DNA of 64,000 nucleotides from Candidatus Heimdallarchaeota archaeon (lineage in GTDB: Archaea; Asgardarchaeota; Heimdallarchaeia; Heimdallarchaeales; Heimdallarchaeaceae): assembly GCA_019057815.1 (NCBI GenBank), contig JAHLWR010000014.1:48690-112689 (forward strand), in the 5' to 3' direction. The notes under the pieces were generated by a model. That model saw only the letters and a program-made list of their open reading frames with translations. It made no database searches and was not told the DNA's origin. Both the position numbers and the translations under genes were made by a program. Below are positions 50,842 to 60,767 of the stretch, one piece after another (the first letter of the stretch is position 1; each line of letters starts with the position of its first letter).

Positions 50842-50938
50842 ATCTTTATCGTTTTCGTTATGAAAATCGCTGTGAATATACAAAAAAAGAATCACCTATT
50901 GTGAGATTGACTATCTATATCAAAGCTCTTAGTAATTT
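50842..50938 (+). repeat. Copy 3 (resident): last ~47 nt of CDS 50892-51620 plus its T-tract terminator and hairpin
   Basis: Contains the stop codon (50892-50894), the minus-strand T-tract and the inverted repeat CGTTTTC-GTTAT-GAAAATCG. Confidence 0.92.
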
Positions 50939-51620
50939 TATCTTTACTTCTTGTGAAATACCTTTTCTTAGCGAGATAAAGGAGAACGATATTAAATAGA
51001 GCATAATTAATAGAAGGAATCAAATATCCCCAAACAGGAATGGCGATAACATAGCAGAAAAAACTAACCATAGCTAAAAACAATAGCTCTGTATGCTTAG
51101 CTGTGGCTGTAACGAAAAGTAAAGTGATATCTCCAAAATCTGGTAACGCGAAGAGAATAAAGCTAATCTTGAGATAAATAATTAACCATTCACCTGGAGG
51201 GAAATTAATGAATTCAAAATAAATTCTGAAAGATTCGTGAAATTGGATCAGAAGAAGAACAACGACTAAATTTAAGAGAGGAGCAAAACCGATCAAAAAA
51301 GCGTGCCAGGGGTTCTTCAAATCGCCAGATAAACTCATTGAACTCATATCATCCAAAGTGAAACTCATGTGAAAATTAACACGGACATCGTAACCAAGAA
51401 ACCTGATTGCTAGAGCATGGAAAAAAGTGTGCATGAACGACCCTGGAAGAAAAATCCATTTAAGATACTTCTTCAAGCCTTTAAGCAACCACTCAGAAAT
51501 AATCTCAAATAACAGTTTAAGGACAAAAACTAGCAAAATAACTAAAAAAGTTACCTTAACTACACCAGTAAAGATGCCTTCTATCTGGTAGAGAAGCTCA
51601 CTTATCCCAGATCCTGTCAC
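50892..51620 (-). CDS. Membrane metalloprotease-like protein (M50B/DUF3267-like) lacking the catalytic Glu
   Basis: PGSFMHTFFHAL...LG (HExxH to HTxxH), IGFAPL and LPDFGD; about six TM helices. Confidence 0.6.
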   Translation of the reverse strand: MTGSGISELLYQIEGIFTGVVKVTFLVILLVFVLKLLFEIISEWLLKGLKKYLKWIFLPGSFMHTFFHALAIRFLGYDVRVNFHMSFTLDDMSSMSLSGDLKNPWHAFLIGFAPLLNLVVVLLLIQFHESFRIYFEFINFPPGEWLIIYLKISFILFALPDFGDITLLFVTATAKHTELLFLAMVSFFCYVIAIPVWGYLIPSINYALFNIVLLYLAKKRYFTRSKDKITKSFDIDSQSHNR

Positions 51621-51695
51621 AATATTTCAATCTCCTATCTTCCTTGTACATTTCCAAACCCATAATTCTATTCATTTAATTGTCTCTCTATTTTA

Positions 51696-52514
51696 TTAGT
51701 TTAAATGATTCTTTCTAAGCATACTCCTGAAACGATAGACTTTACGTTTAATGTAGCCTATATCAATATTATAGTGGTGTTCCAAGTACATCCAGATAAC
51801 TTTCATTAATCCCCTCTCTTTTTTACAATAGAAAGGAATTAAAGTTGCTAGGATAACAATTGCGCAATCATCGATGTTAATCTTAGGAACAATCTGTGAT
51901 TCGATAAGCTTAAGACTTTCTTCTCGGACTCTGATCCAAAGATTTTCTAGTTGGGGAAAGGCTTGCTCTAGTCCACAGATAGCTTGATTAACTTTAGAAA
52001 TAAGTAAAGGAGAATAGATCATCTTACGCTTTCTTTGAATAAAACCAGCAGCTAGAAGATCATTTTGAACCTTCTTCATAGCGAAAAAACTGAAAGTTTT
52101 AGTCTTACCTCGTTGATAATCTAAGTTCTTACTAATAAGGTCAATATGCTTGGGTGAAAGCTTAGAACCAACTAAGGACAACCTATAATCCAATAAAGCT
52201 AAAAAGTGATTAGCTACATGAAGTCTGGTAAAATATCTGCTGTCACCATAATCTTCGAGAAATTTAGGAACAAGCCTCTGAAAATGAATAGTAACCTCAG
52301 TGATAATTTTAAGAGGAAAATACTCTATCAGCTGATTGCCAATATGATTAGTAAAAGTCATAATCCTATTGATTCTCTCGTCTTCAGGATTGCTGAAATA
52401 AGATTTAACTAAACTTTGCTTCCGAATACCAGAAGAAAGAATCTGAGATAGGTCAGCAGAACTGATGTACCCGCCTAACTGACCTACCTTAAATTCCGAT
52501 GCTACCACGCTCAT
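51696..52514 (-). CDS. Divergent TFB/TFIIB-like tandem cyclin-fold protein without zinc ribbon
   Basis: SNPEDERINRIMTFTNHIGNQL..PLKIITEV, RVREESLKLIE and YNIDIGYIKRKVYRF align by eye with the TFB linker, the cyclin repeats and the terminal HTH. Confidence 0.45.
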   Translation of the reverse strand: MSVVASEFKVGQLGGYISSADLSQILSSGIRKQSLVKSYFSNPEDERINRIMTFTNHIGNQLIEYFPLKIITEVTIHFQRLVPKFLEDYGDSRYFTRLHVANHFLALLDYRLSLVGSKLSPKHIDLISKNLDYQRGKTKTFSFFAMKKVQNDLLAAGFIQRKRKMIYSPLLISKVNQAICGLEQAFPQLENLWIRVREESLKLIESQIVPKINIDDCAIVILATLIPFYCKKERGLMKVIWMYLEHHYNIDIGYIKRKVYRFRSMLRKNHLN

Positions 52515-52587
52515 TTTTGTGTGACCTTGCCATGTCTTAGGAGAACGAATTCTCCCATTGAAAAATTGTCGCTGCCTTTTATATACC
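52511..52587 (-). promoter_or_regulatory. Strong TATA box, UUCG-loop hairpin and 15-codon leader ORF upstream of the TFB-like gene
   Basis: TATATAAA at 52585-52578; ATG 52558 MGEFVLLRHGKVTQK* overlapping the main ATG (ATGA); GGAGAA-TTCG-TTCTCC at 52555-52540. Confidence 0.55.
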
Positions 52588-52888
52588 TAGCGTACCACGT
52601 TGCAGTTAGATTGCAGTTTTTGTTTTTTTGTCTGCTTTTTTTCGTGGGGTTTATATAGTAAAATATTTTTTCCTCCCCTTTTTTTCAGAAAAGTGTCAAT
52701 ACCTTGATATTTACTTCTAAGTGCTTAGATTGCTTTCTTCCACACTTTTTAAACGTATCATATAGTATACTCCTTGTTTTTAAGTACTTACACAGTTCTT
52801 ATCTCAGTTCTAATAGCATTTTTAGTACTACAGATTCAATAATTTGAATATTCAACCTAGATTGCCTAATTAGTACACAATGGATTTC

Positions 52889-54586
52889 TTATGAAATTAC
52901 TATTGTTTTCATCAAATTGGTTTGAACTAGGAAATACTCAGGGTCAGCATTGAGGTTAGAATGAGTTAGTACAAAATTAATTGTTGAATCTACAATAAAT
53001 GAAGTGTTGAGAAAACCTCTAATTTGATAATTACCCGATTTATAGAGTACAAAGATGCTACCTTGTGTTGTATTCAAGATTCTGTATTCCAATTGTGGTT
53101 CTTCTGCAATGATTTCAATATGACTAAAATATCTAAATGAGTCAAATAACAAATTATTGTCACTATCAATAACTATAGAATCGACTATAATGATATCCCC
53201 ACGCATAAAATCAGGAACATTGTGATGTATATATTGGAAATTAATTTCCATTACAAAAGTAGAATTTTCATATAATTCTACTTCTTTAATCGTTATTGAC
53301 GAATTACTAGACATATTCATACCAAAAGCATCATCAATTTCAAAATTGTTTATATTCCAACCATCACAAACAGCTTCTCCCTGGATGATCAAATTACCAG
53401 GGAGCCCTAGAATTAAAGTTATTAGAATAATGGAGATTGCTTGTTCTATTTTTATCTTTTTGTTATAATTAATTGGAACGATTTTATCTACTTCTTTAAC
53501 AATCTTATCCTCTTCTTCAGTCTTATCAGTTTTTTTTCTCATTTTTAGTTTATATATTAGAAATAGTATACTTGAAGATATTATTAACGGAATTATAAAT
53601 AACAAAAGGACCAGAATAAAACCTGCTAGAATTTCGCTTGAAATTGCAGAAAAGTCCAAATTGAAAGTTAATTCTAGAGTGTAGAAGAAGTTTAAATAGT
53701 AAAATAACTCATCGTTCCAGAAAGATATAGAAAACAAGGTTATAGCTATAAAAAATATACTAGCTATCGAAAGTGCAAGAATTTTTATTTTTCGTGATTT
53801 TGAAATTACAGGTTCCTTGATCTTGCTTTGTAGCTTTGAAAGTATTAAGAAAATCACACTTGTTGCAAGAATATAAGTTAAGTAAACACCCAAAAGATTA
53901 AATTTTCCAGTAATAGGTAAAGTTAAAAGAAAAGCACAACCGAACATTCCAACTAGGCTAAAAGTATAAATCCCGTAGAATGGAATAACTGCAATTATTT
54001 GCTCCACTAGTTCTTCTTTACTATTTAACCTCTTATGTTCTCTTGAACTCCTTGTTTTTTTCGAAGAAGCAATTAAGATCACCCCTTTTAGAAACAGCAA
54101 TAAAGGAGTAAGAAATATTAAGAACAAGAAAAGAACATTCACATTACTTGAATAACTATTTGCTCCACCAAGAAGCATTACAGCTGCCCCTCCACCATGA
54201 GACGAGTATCGTATGTGAGCCATTAATCTTACCAGCTCATCTATATGATATACAGCGAAAAAAACACTAAATAATCCCACTTTTTTTGGGTAGAGTCTAG
54301 AAAGAAGGAAACCAGTTAGTACAAGAATTGCACTTAATATATAAATAGCTAAATCGTTTTTTTCATCTGAGATATATGCGTCCATCTCGACCAAGCTATA
54401 CTCTATTGTTCCGTTAGCTGAAGATATATCTAGAGTTTGAATCGTTTGATCATATAGAGTTAACTTTGATATTCTTATAGTAGCAATAAGTATAAAACCA
54501 ACAATTATCAAAACAGAGAAGATTAAAACAATATAATCCCAGTATTTCTTCCTGGAGATGAAAAAATTCAATCTTGTTCTCCTCAT
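52889..54586 (-). CDS. Polytopic membrane protein with C-terminal extracellular beta-rich domain
   Basis: About nine TM helices and N-x-S/T sequons in the C-terminal domain; no recognised family. Confidence 0.75.
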   Translation of the reverse strand: MRRTRLNFFISRKKYWDYIVLIFSVLIIVGFILIATIRISKLTLYDQTIQTLDISSANGTIEYSLVEMDAYISDEKNDLAIYILSAILVLTGFLLSRLYPKKVGLFSVFFAVYHIDELVRLMAHIRYSSHGGGAAVMLLGGANSYSSNVNVLFLFLIFLTPLLLFLKGVILIASSKKTRSSREHKRLNSKEELVEQIIAVIPFYGIYTFSLVGMFGCAFLLTLPITGKFNLLGVYLTYILATSVIFLILSKLQSKIKEPVISKSRKIKILALSIASIFFIAITLFSISFWNDELFYYLNFFYTLELTFNLDFSAISSEILAGFILVLLLFIIPLIISSSILFLIYKLKMRKKTDKTEEEDKIVKEVDKIVPINYNKKIKIEQAISIILITLILGLPGNLIIQGEAVCDGWNINNFEIDDAFGMNMSSNSSITIKEVELYENSTFVMEINFQYIHHNVPDFMRGDIIIVDSIVIDSDNNLLFDSFRYFSHIEIIAEEPQLEYRILNTTQGSIFVLYKSGNYQIRGFLNTSFIVDSTINFVLTHSNLNADPEYFLVQTNLMKTIVIS

Positions 54587-54791
54587 TCTTGATTAGATAT
54601 TATATGTACAAACTAGCTTTTAAAAACTCTTTTTAATATAACCACAGTACAACACTTAGGAAACCTTTTGTAATTACATGATTTTTGTCGAAAGAGTTTT
54701 ATTATCGGAAAATCAAGTATGTACTAGACCAATATTTGTCAACATTCATATACTAAGGTAAACGTACTAGTTCTTTAGGTAGTGATGATCC

Positions 54792-55451
54792 ATGGATTTC
54801 CGAGAATCTAACTCTTCTATTACTCCAGACTGCGTTAGCTCTGATTTCTCTGTTGATCTTACTGTCGATGATCGCGATTCTACCATTCTTGAACTCTATT
54901 CTCAAGGTTACTCTACCTATCAAATTGCCTCAAAATTAACTATCAATCGTCACACAGTTAGCAAGGTTTTGCGTGATAATGATATCAAGACTCGTAGAAC
55001 AAAAGACTATTTCAAGCCTGCACATGATGAGATAGTTAATCTTTTTACTCGGAAGGGTTTGTCCAAGCACGAAATTGCTAAAAAGATGGATTGTACTTAT
55101 TATACTGTTCGAAAGGTTCTAGAAGACAGGGGAGTTATTTTTAATAAGAAGGACCGCGAAACTTTAGCTATAGCCAAATATATCCAAATGAAAAATCAAG
55201 GTCTGATGAATATTGATATAGCTAATTTTCTTGAAATGACCACCAAGCAACTCAACAGGTTAGTACGCAATTCAGGTTTCAACATTCAAGTCATCAGGTT
55301 AAGGACAAAGAAGTTCACTAACTTGATTGACATAATCAAATTAAGACTAGAAGGATGCACACTTACAGAGATTTCAATTAAATTCAGAATGAACATAGTT
55401 GAGATTAAGGATATTCTATACCATTTTGGTCTATCAAAAAATAAAAGTTAG
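54792..55451 (+). CDS. Protein made of four tandem helix-turn-helix repeats
   Basis: Four ~45-50-aa units: YSQGYSTYQIASKL, RKGLSKHEIAKKM, NQGLMNIDIANFL and LEGCTLTEISIKF. Confidence 0.8.
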   Translation: MDFRESNSSITPDCVSSDFSVDLTVDDRDSTILELYSQGYSTYQIASKLTINRHTVSKVLRDNDIKTRRTKDYFKPAHDEIVNLFTRKGLSKHEIAKKMDCTYYTVRKVLEDRGVIFNKKDRETLAIAKYIQMKNQGLMNIDIANFLEMTTKQLNRLVRNSGFNIQVIRLRTKKFTNLIDIIKLRLEGCTLTEISIKFRMNIVEIKDILYHFGLSKNKS

Positions 55452-55542
55452 AACAGATTTAAAGGATTCAGTTTTTCAATGACTAATCAAAAAAAGAATG
55501 TTAAAGAATCTTCTCCTCTTTAAGTCGTTCTAGAACAGCTAT

Positions 55543-55746
55543 TTAAAAGATCTCGAGAATCATGTCTTTCATTTTATCATAGTCGAGGGTTACTAAGCCT
55601 GTCATTTTAATTTGTTCAAAATCAGCATAAAGAGGAGATGATTTAATTCCATCAATCAACTTAAGTAAACGCTTACTAGCAAGATAAGACTGTCCTCGTA
55701 GTACGTAAGAGCAGATGAATGATTCTCCAAAAGGTTCCAGAAGGCT
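55543..55746 (-). pseudogene. Orphan 3' fragment of a third TPR-longin paralogue
   Basis: ESFICSYVLRGQSYLASKRLLKLIDGIKSSPLY...MILEIF* versus ESMFICYVFKGGSYAASSKLERFIKEINNSPIL...MIENIF in 4210-6396; no upstream start codon. Confidence 0.8.
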
Positions 55747-55818
55747 CTTTATCTTTCTGTCTTTTTTAATAATTTATTTAGATAGCTTTAATTAGAGTCT
55801 TCTATGAATTAGATTGTC

Positions 55819-56565
55819 ATGTCTAAAAAGACTGGTCAAACATCAGTAAAGACTGTTAGCTTGGTTAAAGATTTTATTCTCCCAGGTGGAGACGTTGTTA
55901 ATGTTTTAACTGGTGCAAAAATAGAAGTAAAACCAGGTGATTTTGTAGCAGTAATGGGTCCTTCTGGTTCGGGGAAATCCACTCTTCTTAATATTCTAGC
56001 TACACTAGAACCCTTGACATCAGGAGATGTGTTTATTGGTGGAGTTAATCTTAAAGATACTACTTATAAGGATCAACTAGAGATAAGAAGAACTTATAGC
56101 TCACTTGTATTTCAAAGCTTTGCTTTAATACCCTATTTAACAGCCTTAGAAAATGTTAAGCTTCCAATGAAATTAAGGAAAGTTCCTGAAGAAGAAGCAG
56201 AACAGAAGGCAATGCAGCACTTAGAATCAGTAGGTTTGTATGGAAGATTAAACCATCTGCCAGAAGAACTAAGTGGGGGAGAGCAACAGAGGGTAGCGAT
56301 AGCAAGAGCACTGGCTCACGATCCTCAGATAATTTATGCTGATGAACCAACAGGAAATCTTGATACTCATATTGGAAAGGAGATTATTCAGCTCTTCAAA
56401 TCATTGGCTAAAGAGCAAAATATTGCTATTATAATGGTAACTCATGATTCAGAAAGTGCTCAGCAAACTGATCGTATTTACATTCTTCAGAAAGGTAAGG
56501 TGTTAATTGAGAAAACCAAATCTTCGACTAAAAAGACTGAAAAGAAGGAGGATTTAAAGAAATGA
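55819..56565 (+). CDS. LolD/MacB-type ABC transporter ATPase
   Basis: [33 protein letters not shown] and VTHD. Confidence 0.95.
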   Translation: MSKKTGQTSVKTVSLVKDFILPGGDVVNVLTGAKIEVKPGDFVAVMGPSGSGKSTLLNILATLEPLTSGDVFIGGVNLKDTTYKDQLEIRRTYSSLVFQSFALIPYLTALENVKLPMKLRKVPEEEAEQKAMQHLESVGLYGRLNHLPEELSGGEQQRVAIARALAHDPQIIYADEPTGNLDTHIGKEIIQLFKSLAKEQNIAIIMVTHDSESAQQTDRIYILQKGKVLIEKTKSSTKKTEKKEDLKK

Positions 56566-59375
56566 AAATACGTAATATCTTCTCTTTCATTGGTTTTTCT
56601 TTCAAGTCAATGTACGCAAATAAAAGAAGAAGTATCTCGATAGGCGCAGGGATGGTTCTAGGAGCAGCTATTTTCTCAAGCATCTTCTTCTATGGTTCAA
56701 TTATTAATTCAATTACAGTCCAAGACATGATTGAAAATGTTGAATTTGAAGTGACTTTTGTACCATTTGATGATGTACCATTTGATGAAGATGTTGAACA
56801 AACTCCGAAAGAACTAGCTTCTCTTATCAAACAAGAAGCGGAATTTGACGAATGTATCGTTACTTTTGGGAATGATTATAGTATTCATACTGAGGCTGGT
56901 TTTAACGTATATCATTCATTTTTAACCCCTTCATTTAATTTCTCCGAATATTCAGGACTTCAAGTGATTCAACCACATTTTAATCCCATCATAGTCGATG
57001 AGGATTCAATTAATACTACAATAGCTGACAGGATAGATGTTGTTTCAGGTGAAACTGATTTACTTGGAGATGGTGTTCTAATATCTATTGATAGATATAG
57101 ATCTCTTGGAATACAAATTAATGACACTTTGGCTTTTACATTCGGTTTGAATAAGACAGTTTACAAAAGTGATCATCCCATAGATATGAATCTTGTACTT
57201 TTTGATCTCAATATAACAGTAAGAGGTTTCTTTCAATCAGGATTAATGCTTGGTGGAAGAGATATGATCATAAGCAGCCATAATTTCAATACCAGTATAA
57301 TTAGCAATTTGACTTACTACAAAATGTTTCGATTACCTGCAAAACTCAACTTAGAAGAGTTTCCTTTGAATGATATACAAGACCTTAATGAAGCAATATC
57401 AATTGTTATTACAAGGGTAGAACAGAAGTACCTATTAAGGGGTATTAATTTAATACAAGGGACTTTACGGGCTTATCAGGGTATAATTATCTTTATGCAA
57501 ATAATAGATACAGTTCTCTACATCCCTGCAATTGTATTATCAATAATCCTAATAAATCTGGGTGCTGAATTGGCTTTGCAGGAAAGGAAGTTTGAGATTT
57601 CAGTTCTTAAAGCTCAAGGTGCATCCCCAAAGCAAATAAGAAGAATGATTTTTTCAGAAGTAATAATTATTGCAGTAATAGGAGAAATAATAGGAATAGT
57701 TATAGGTATATTTGGTGCTGCAACTGTTTTATCTACATATCGTTTTATGGTGATTGATTTCTCAACACTTACTCAAGCATTGGGGGTATTGAGGATCAAA
57801 CCATGGAGCGTTATAACAACGGTTATAGTGACTATGGGAATACTATTCATCGCTACAAGAAAGAAAACAAATGCCTTCATTAAACAAGAGGTTGCAGTAG
57901 CTAAAACTATTGAAAGAGAGAAAAAAGGTTGGTTTAAGAAAATATATGGTGATGTAATATTCTTCTTCTTAGGACTAATCGGTGTTATATTAACAATTGC
58001 ATCTGATATAAATCCTGATGTATCATATAGTTTTGTAGTTAATTTACTTCAAAACTTTACGCCATTGTTACTTTGGTATGGTTCAGCGGGGGTAGTTAGT
58101 AGATTGTCTACAAAAGTACCTGAAAAATTAGATAAAATTCTTGTAAAAACATTCAAAGATGTTGGGAGTTTGCTTAAAGGAAGTCTATCTAGAAGACATC
58201 AAAACTTCCCAAGAATGACAGTTCTATTATGTTTATCTGTATCACTTTGTATTTTTACTGCAATCCAAGGTGAAACTAGTGCTATGGAAATTACTAGACA
58301 TTCTGATGCTTTCATAGGAGGAGATATGAAGGTTGATGTACTTGGAGAATTCCATGATATTTCTCCTTCAAATTTCACAGGTTATGAAGATAAAATCGAA
58401 TCTGTAATTCCAATTCATTTTACGATGATACGTTTTGGTCATAGACGGATTAATTGTTTTGGTGTTGATTTAGAAGAATATGGAAGAGAAGCTCTGTGGC
58501 ACAAGGATTCAATAGTAGGATATCCAGATTGGAAAGAAGGTTTAGAAATACTCAGTGACAATCCTACTCAAAATGTTGGAGTAGGAGTTGCAACTGCAAG
58601 ATCATTTGAAATTAATGAAGATTCTTCATTTAATTTTACAATCTATAATCAAACAAAGTATTCTGCTAATGCTGCTATAGTAATAGATCATGCTCCTGGA
58701 ATATTGATGAGTTTTGAGGGATTACAGATTTTTGATTTTGATGAAATTGGAGATTATTTCATGCTTGTTGATAAACAATTTATTGATGTCTATGCTCCAT
58801 TTACAAATACAATAATCAGTGCCATTATTAATTTAAAACCTGGTGTGGATCCTATAGAAGAAAATCTTTCCTTCAAGTTTGACACTGAATTTGAGTGGAT
58901 AGTAGAAGCTCAATCATATGCTGAAGAAGTGGAAGAAACAAAAGCAAGACAAGGTTTGAGCTTTGGTTTTCCAGGATTACTTACAATCAACTTCATCATT
59001 GCATTAGTTGGAATAATCATTGGTGTTTCAATTTTCATGTTTATGATAATCAATCAACGTAAAAAAGAATTTGCGATTCTTATTTCAGAAGGAGCTTCGA
59101 GAACACAGTTGATCAAATTAGTTCTTACAGAAGTTTTTTCTATGGCAGTATTTGCTACGCTGTTTGGAACCTTTATAGGTTTCTTACTGGGATATCAATT
59201 CAATGATTTCTTTGGTATCTTTAGTGTGACAACTTTCAATAGACTGCTAGTATTCCCACCGATACCCCTGATTGCAACTGTTTTAGGTACATTTGGTATT
59301 GTGATATTAGCCACATTAATTCCAGCTGTAATCGCTGCTAGAACTAATGTCGTAGAGGAGATGAGAACAGTATAG
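56562..59375 (+). CDS. Duplicated FtsX/MacB-type ABC permease
   Basis: Two FtsX units (ERKFEISVLKAQGAS; QRKKEFAILISEGAS) with large ectodomains. Confidence 0.92.
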   Translation: MKIRNIFSFIGFSFKSMYANKRRSISIGAGMVLGAAIFSSIFFYGSIINSITVQDMIENVEFEVTFVPFDDVPFDEDVEQTPKELASLIKQEAEFDECIVTFGNDYSIHTEAGFNVYHSFLTPSFNFSEYSGLQVIQPHFNPIIVDEDSINTTIADRIDVVSGETDLLGDGVLISIDRYRSLGIQINDTLAFTFGLNKTVYKSDHPIDMNLVLFDLNITVRGFFQSGLMLGGRDMIISSHNFNTSIISNLTYYKMFRLPAKLNLEEFPLNDIQDLNEAISIVITRVEQKYLLRGINLIQGTLRAYQGIIIFMQIIDTVLYIPAIVLSIILINLGAELALQERKFEISVLKAQGASPKQIRRMIFSEVIIIAVIGEIIGIVIGIFGAATVLSTYRFMVIDFSTLTQALGVLRIKPWSVITTVIVTMGILFIATRKKTNAFIKQEVAVAKTIEREKKGWFKKIYGDVIFFFLGLIGVILTIASDINPDVSYSFVVNLLQNFTPLLLWYGSAGVVSRLSTKVPEKLDKILVKTFKDVGSLLKGSLSRRHQNFPRMTVLLCLSVSLCIFTAIQGETSAMEITRHSDAFIGGDMKVDVLGEFHDISPSNFTGYEDKIESVIPIHFTMIRFGHRRINCFGVDLEEYGREALWHKDSIVGYPDWKEGLEILSDNPTQNVGVGVATARSFEINEDSSFNFTIYNQTKYSANAAIVIDHAPGILMSFEGLQIFDFDEIGDYFMLVDKQFIDVYAPFTNTIISAIINLKPGVDPIEENLSFKFDTEFEWIVEAQSYAEEVEETKARQGLSFGFPGLLTINFIIALVGIIIGVSIFMFMIINQRKKEFAILISEGASRTQLIKLVLTEVFSMAVFATLFGTFIGFLLGYQFNDFFGIFSVTTFNRLLVFPPIPLIATVLGTFGIVILATLIPAVIAARTNVVEEMRTV

Positions 59376-59380
59376 GATAG

Positions 59381-60397
59381 GTGATAATGATGTACACAAC
59401 AGAATCAAAAATAAAAATAGAACCTCTTCCAGAAGGATTAACTCTTCAAGCAATTGATATTTATCATGTTTACGGATTAGAGCATCAGAATAAAGTAGTA
59501 GCTTTAAGAGGAGTAAGCTTCGATATTAAAAAAGGAGAAACTCTTGGAATCATTGGACCATCTGGATCAGGGAAATCTACATTGTTGCTTTCCTTAGGTG
59601 GAATGCTTAAACCGACTGCCGGACAAGTGATCTATTCAGATGGAACAGATTTAACAAAATTACCTGAAGAATCACAATTCAAATTCAGACGAAACAATAT
59701 CGGTTATATATTCCAAGAACAGAATCTCATCCCATATCTTTCAACAGAAAAGAATATTGAAATGCCTATGAGATTGGTCAACCTACCTTTTGCTGAACGT
59801 AAGAATCGTGTTAAGGAGTTGATGGAAAGGCTTGGAATATGGCATCGAAGAGCTCATACTCCAAAAAGAATATCTGGTGGTGAGCAGCAGAGAGTAGCAA
59901 TAGCACGAGCATTAGCTAACAATCCTAAACTAATTTTCGCTGATGAACCCACTGGAAACGTAGATTCGGAAACCTCTACTCAAATCCTTGAATTATTTAT
60001 GGAGTTGAAAAAAGAGATGGAGACTTCATTTTTGCTATGTTCTCACGATCCAGTTGTTGGAGAATTCACTGATAGAACGTTGGAAATTAGAGATGGGATC
60101 TTAATTGGTGAACATCTACTTGGAATTGATTTTACAGATTTGGACAGTTCAAGATTGTTAGTAATTGATAATCAAAATAGAATAACACTTCCAGAAAAAG
60201 CTATATTACAATTGAAAGGAACAATACTTTACACTTGGGAACTGACGAACAAAGGAATTCTATTAATGCCACTTGGTGCAAAAGAAGAAAAGAAGGAAAG
60301 AAAAATCAAGTATTGTACAACATGTGGTGCTGATATACCTCCTGATACCTATTCTTGCCCCAGATGCGGAGCTAAACTTACTAGAATCGTCAGATAA
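59381..60397 (+). CDS. ABC ATPase with C-terminal AbrB-like domain and zinc ribbon
   Basis: [17 protein letters not shown] and DEPTGN; [11 protein letters not shown] (AbrB-like); CTTCG...CPRCG. Confidence 0.88.
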   Translation: MIMMYTTESKIKIEPLPEGLTLQAIDIYHVYGLEHQNKVVALRGVSFDIKKGETLGIIGPSGSGKSTLLLSLGGMLKPTAGQVIYSDGTDLTKLPEESQFKFRRNNIGYIFQEQNLIPYLSTEKNIEMPMRLVNLPFAERKNRVKELMERLGIWHRRAHTPKRISGGEQQRVAIARALANNPKLIFADEPTGNVDSETSTQILELFMELKKEMETSFLLCSHDPVVGEFTDRTLEIRDGILIGEHLLGIDFTDLDSSRLLVIDNQNRITLPEKAILQLKGTILYTWELTNKGILLMPLGAKEEKKERKIKYCTTCGADIPPDTYSCPRCGAKLTRIVR

Positions 60398-60452
60398 TGA
60401 TCTAAAACAAACGTTCCCTAAACTTTTTTAATCATTTTATATTAGTGTTTAT

Positions 60453-60488
60453 ATGAAGATTTTTCTCGTTAGACATGGGTGTAGGTAG
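60453..60488 (+). pseudogene. N-terminal stub of a histidine phosphatase (PGAM family) gene
   Basis: ATG AAG ATT TTT CTC GTT AGA CAT GGG = MKIFLVRHG, then a stop two codons later; TATA-like TTTTTAAT about 25 nt upstream. Confidence 0.65.
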
Positions 60489-60767
60489 TATTCAGCAGTG
60501 TATTGGGTGAATCTATCTAACAGGTAAAAGAGTGAGAAGGGAAATAACACGCAATAGGACAAAACAGGTTAGCTTATACAGTAACTTAATCAGTTAGTTA
60601 TTAAGGAAAATTGTGAATTTTATTTCTTTCACTCCTTCAATTTCATCTTAGGGATTCATAGTTTTTCGATGAAAAAGTTGATTAGTTCTTCTTATTCATT
60701 GATTTTTTTCCTCTAAAACTTACAGGACTAGCTTTTGAATACTTCTTTCACTCTATGATTCTAACGT

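Noticed and set aside
49887-50938. Diversity-generating retroelement TR/VR pair
   Set aside because: Some differences are at adenines, but others are not; the repeat includes the terminator and hairpin; no reverse transcriptase is in the window.
49447-50938. CRISPR array
   Set aside because: Units are ~100 bp, with gene-sized spacers of unequal length and no cas genes.
60515-60575. Integron attC site (ATCTAAC ... GTTAGCT)
   Set aside because: The interior is not palindromic, the core does not fit GTTRRRY, and no intI is present.
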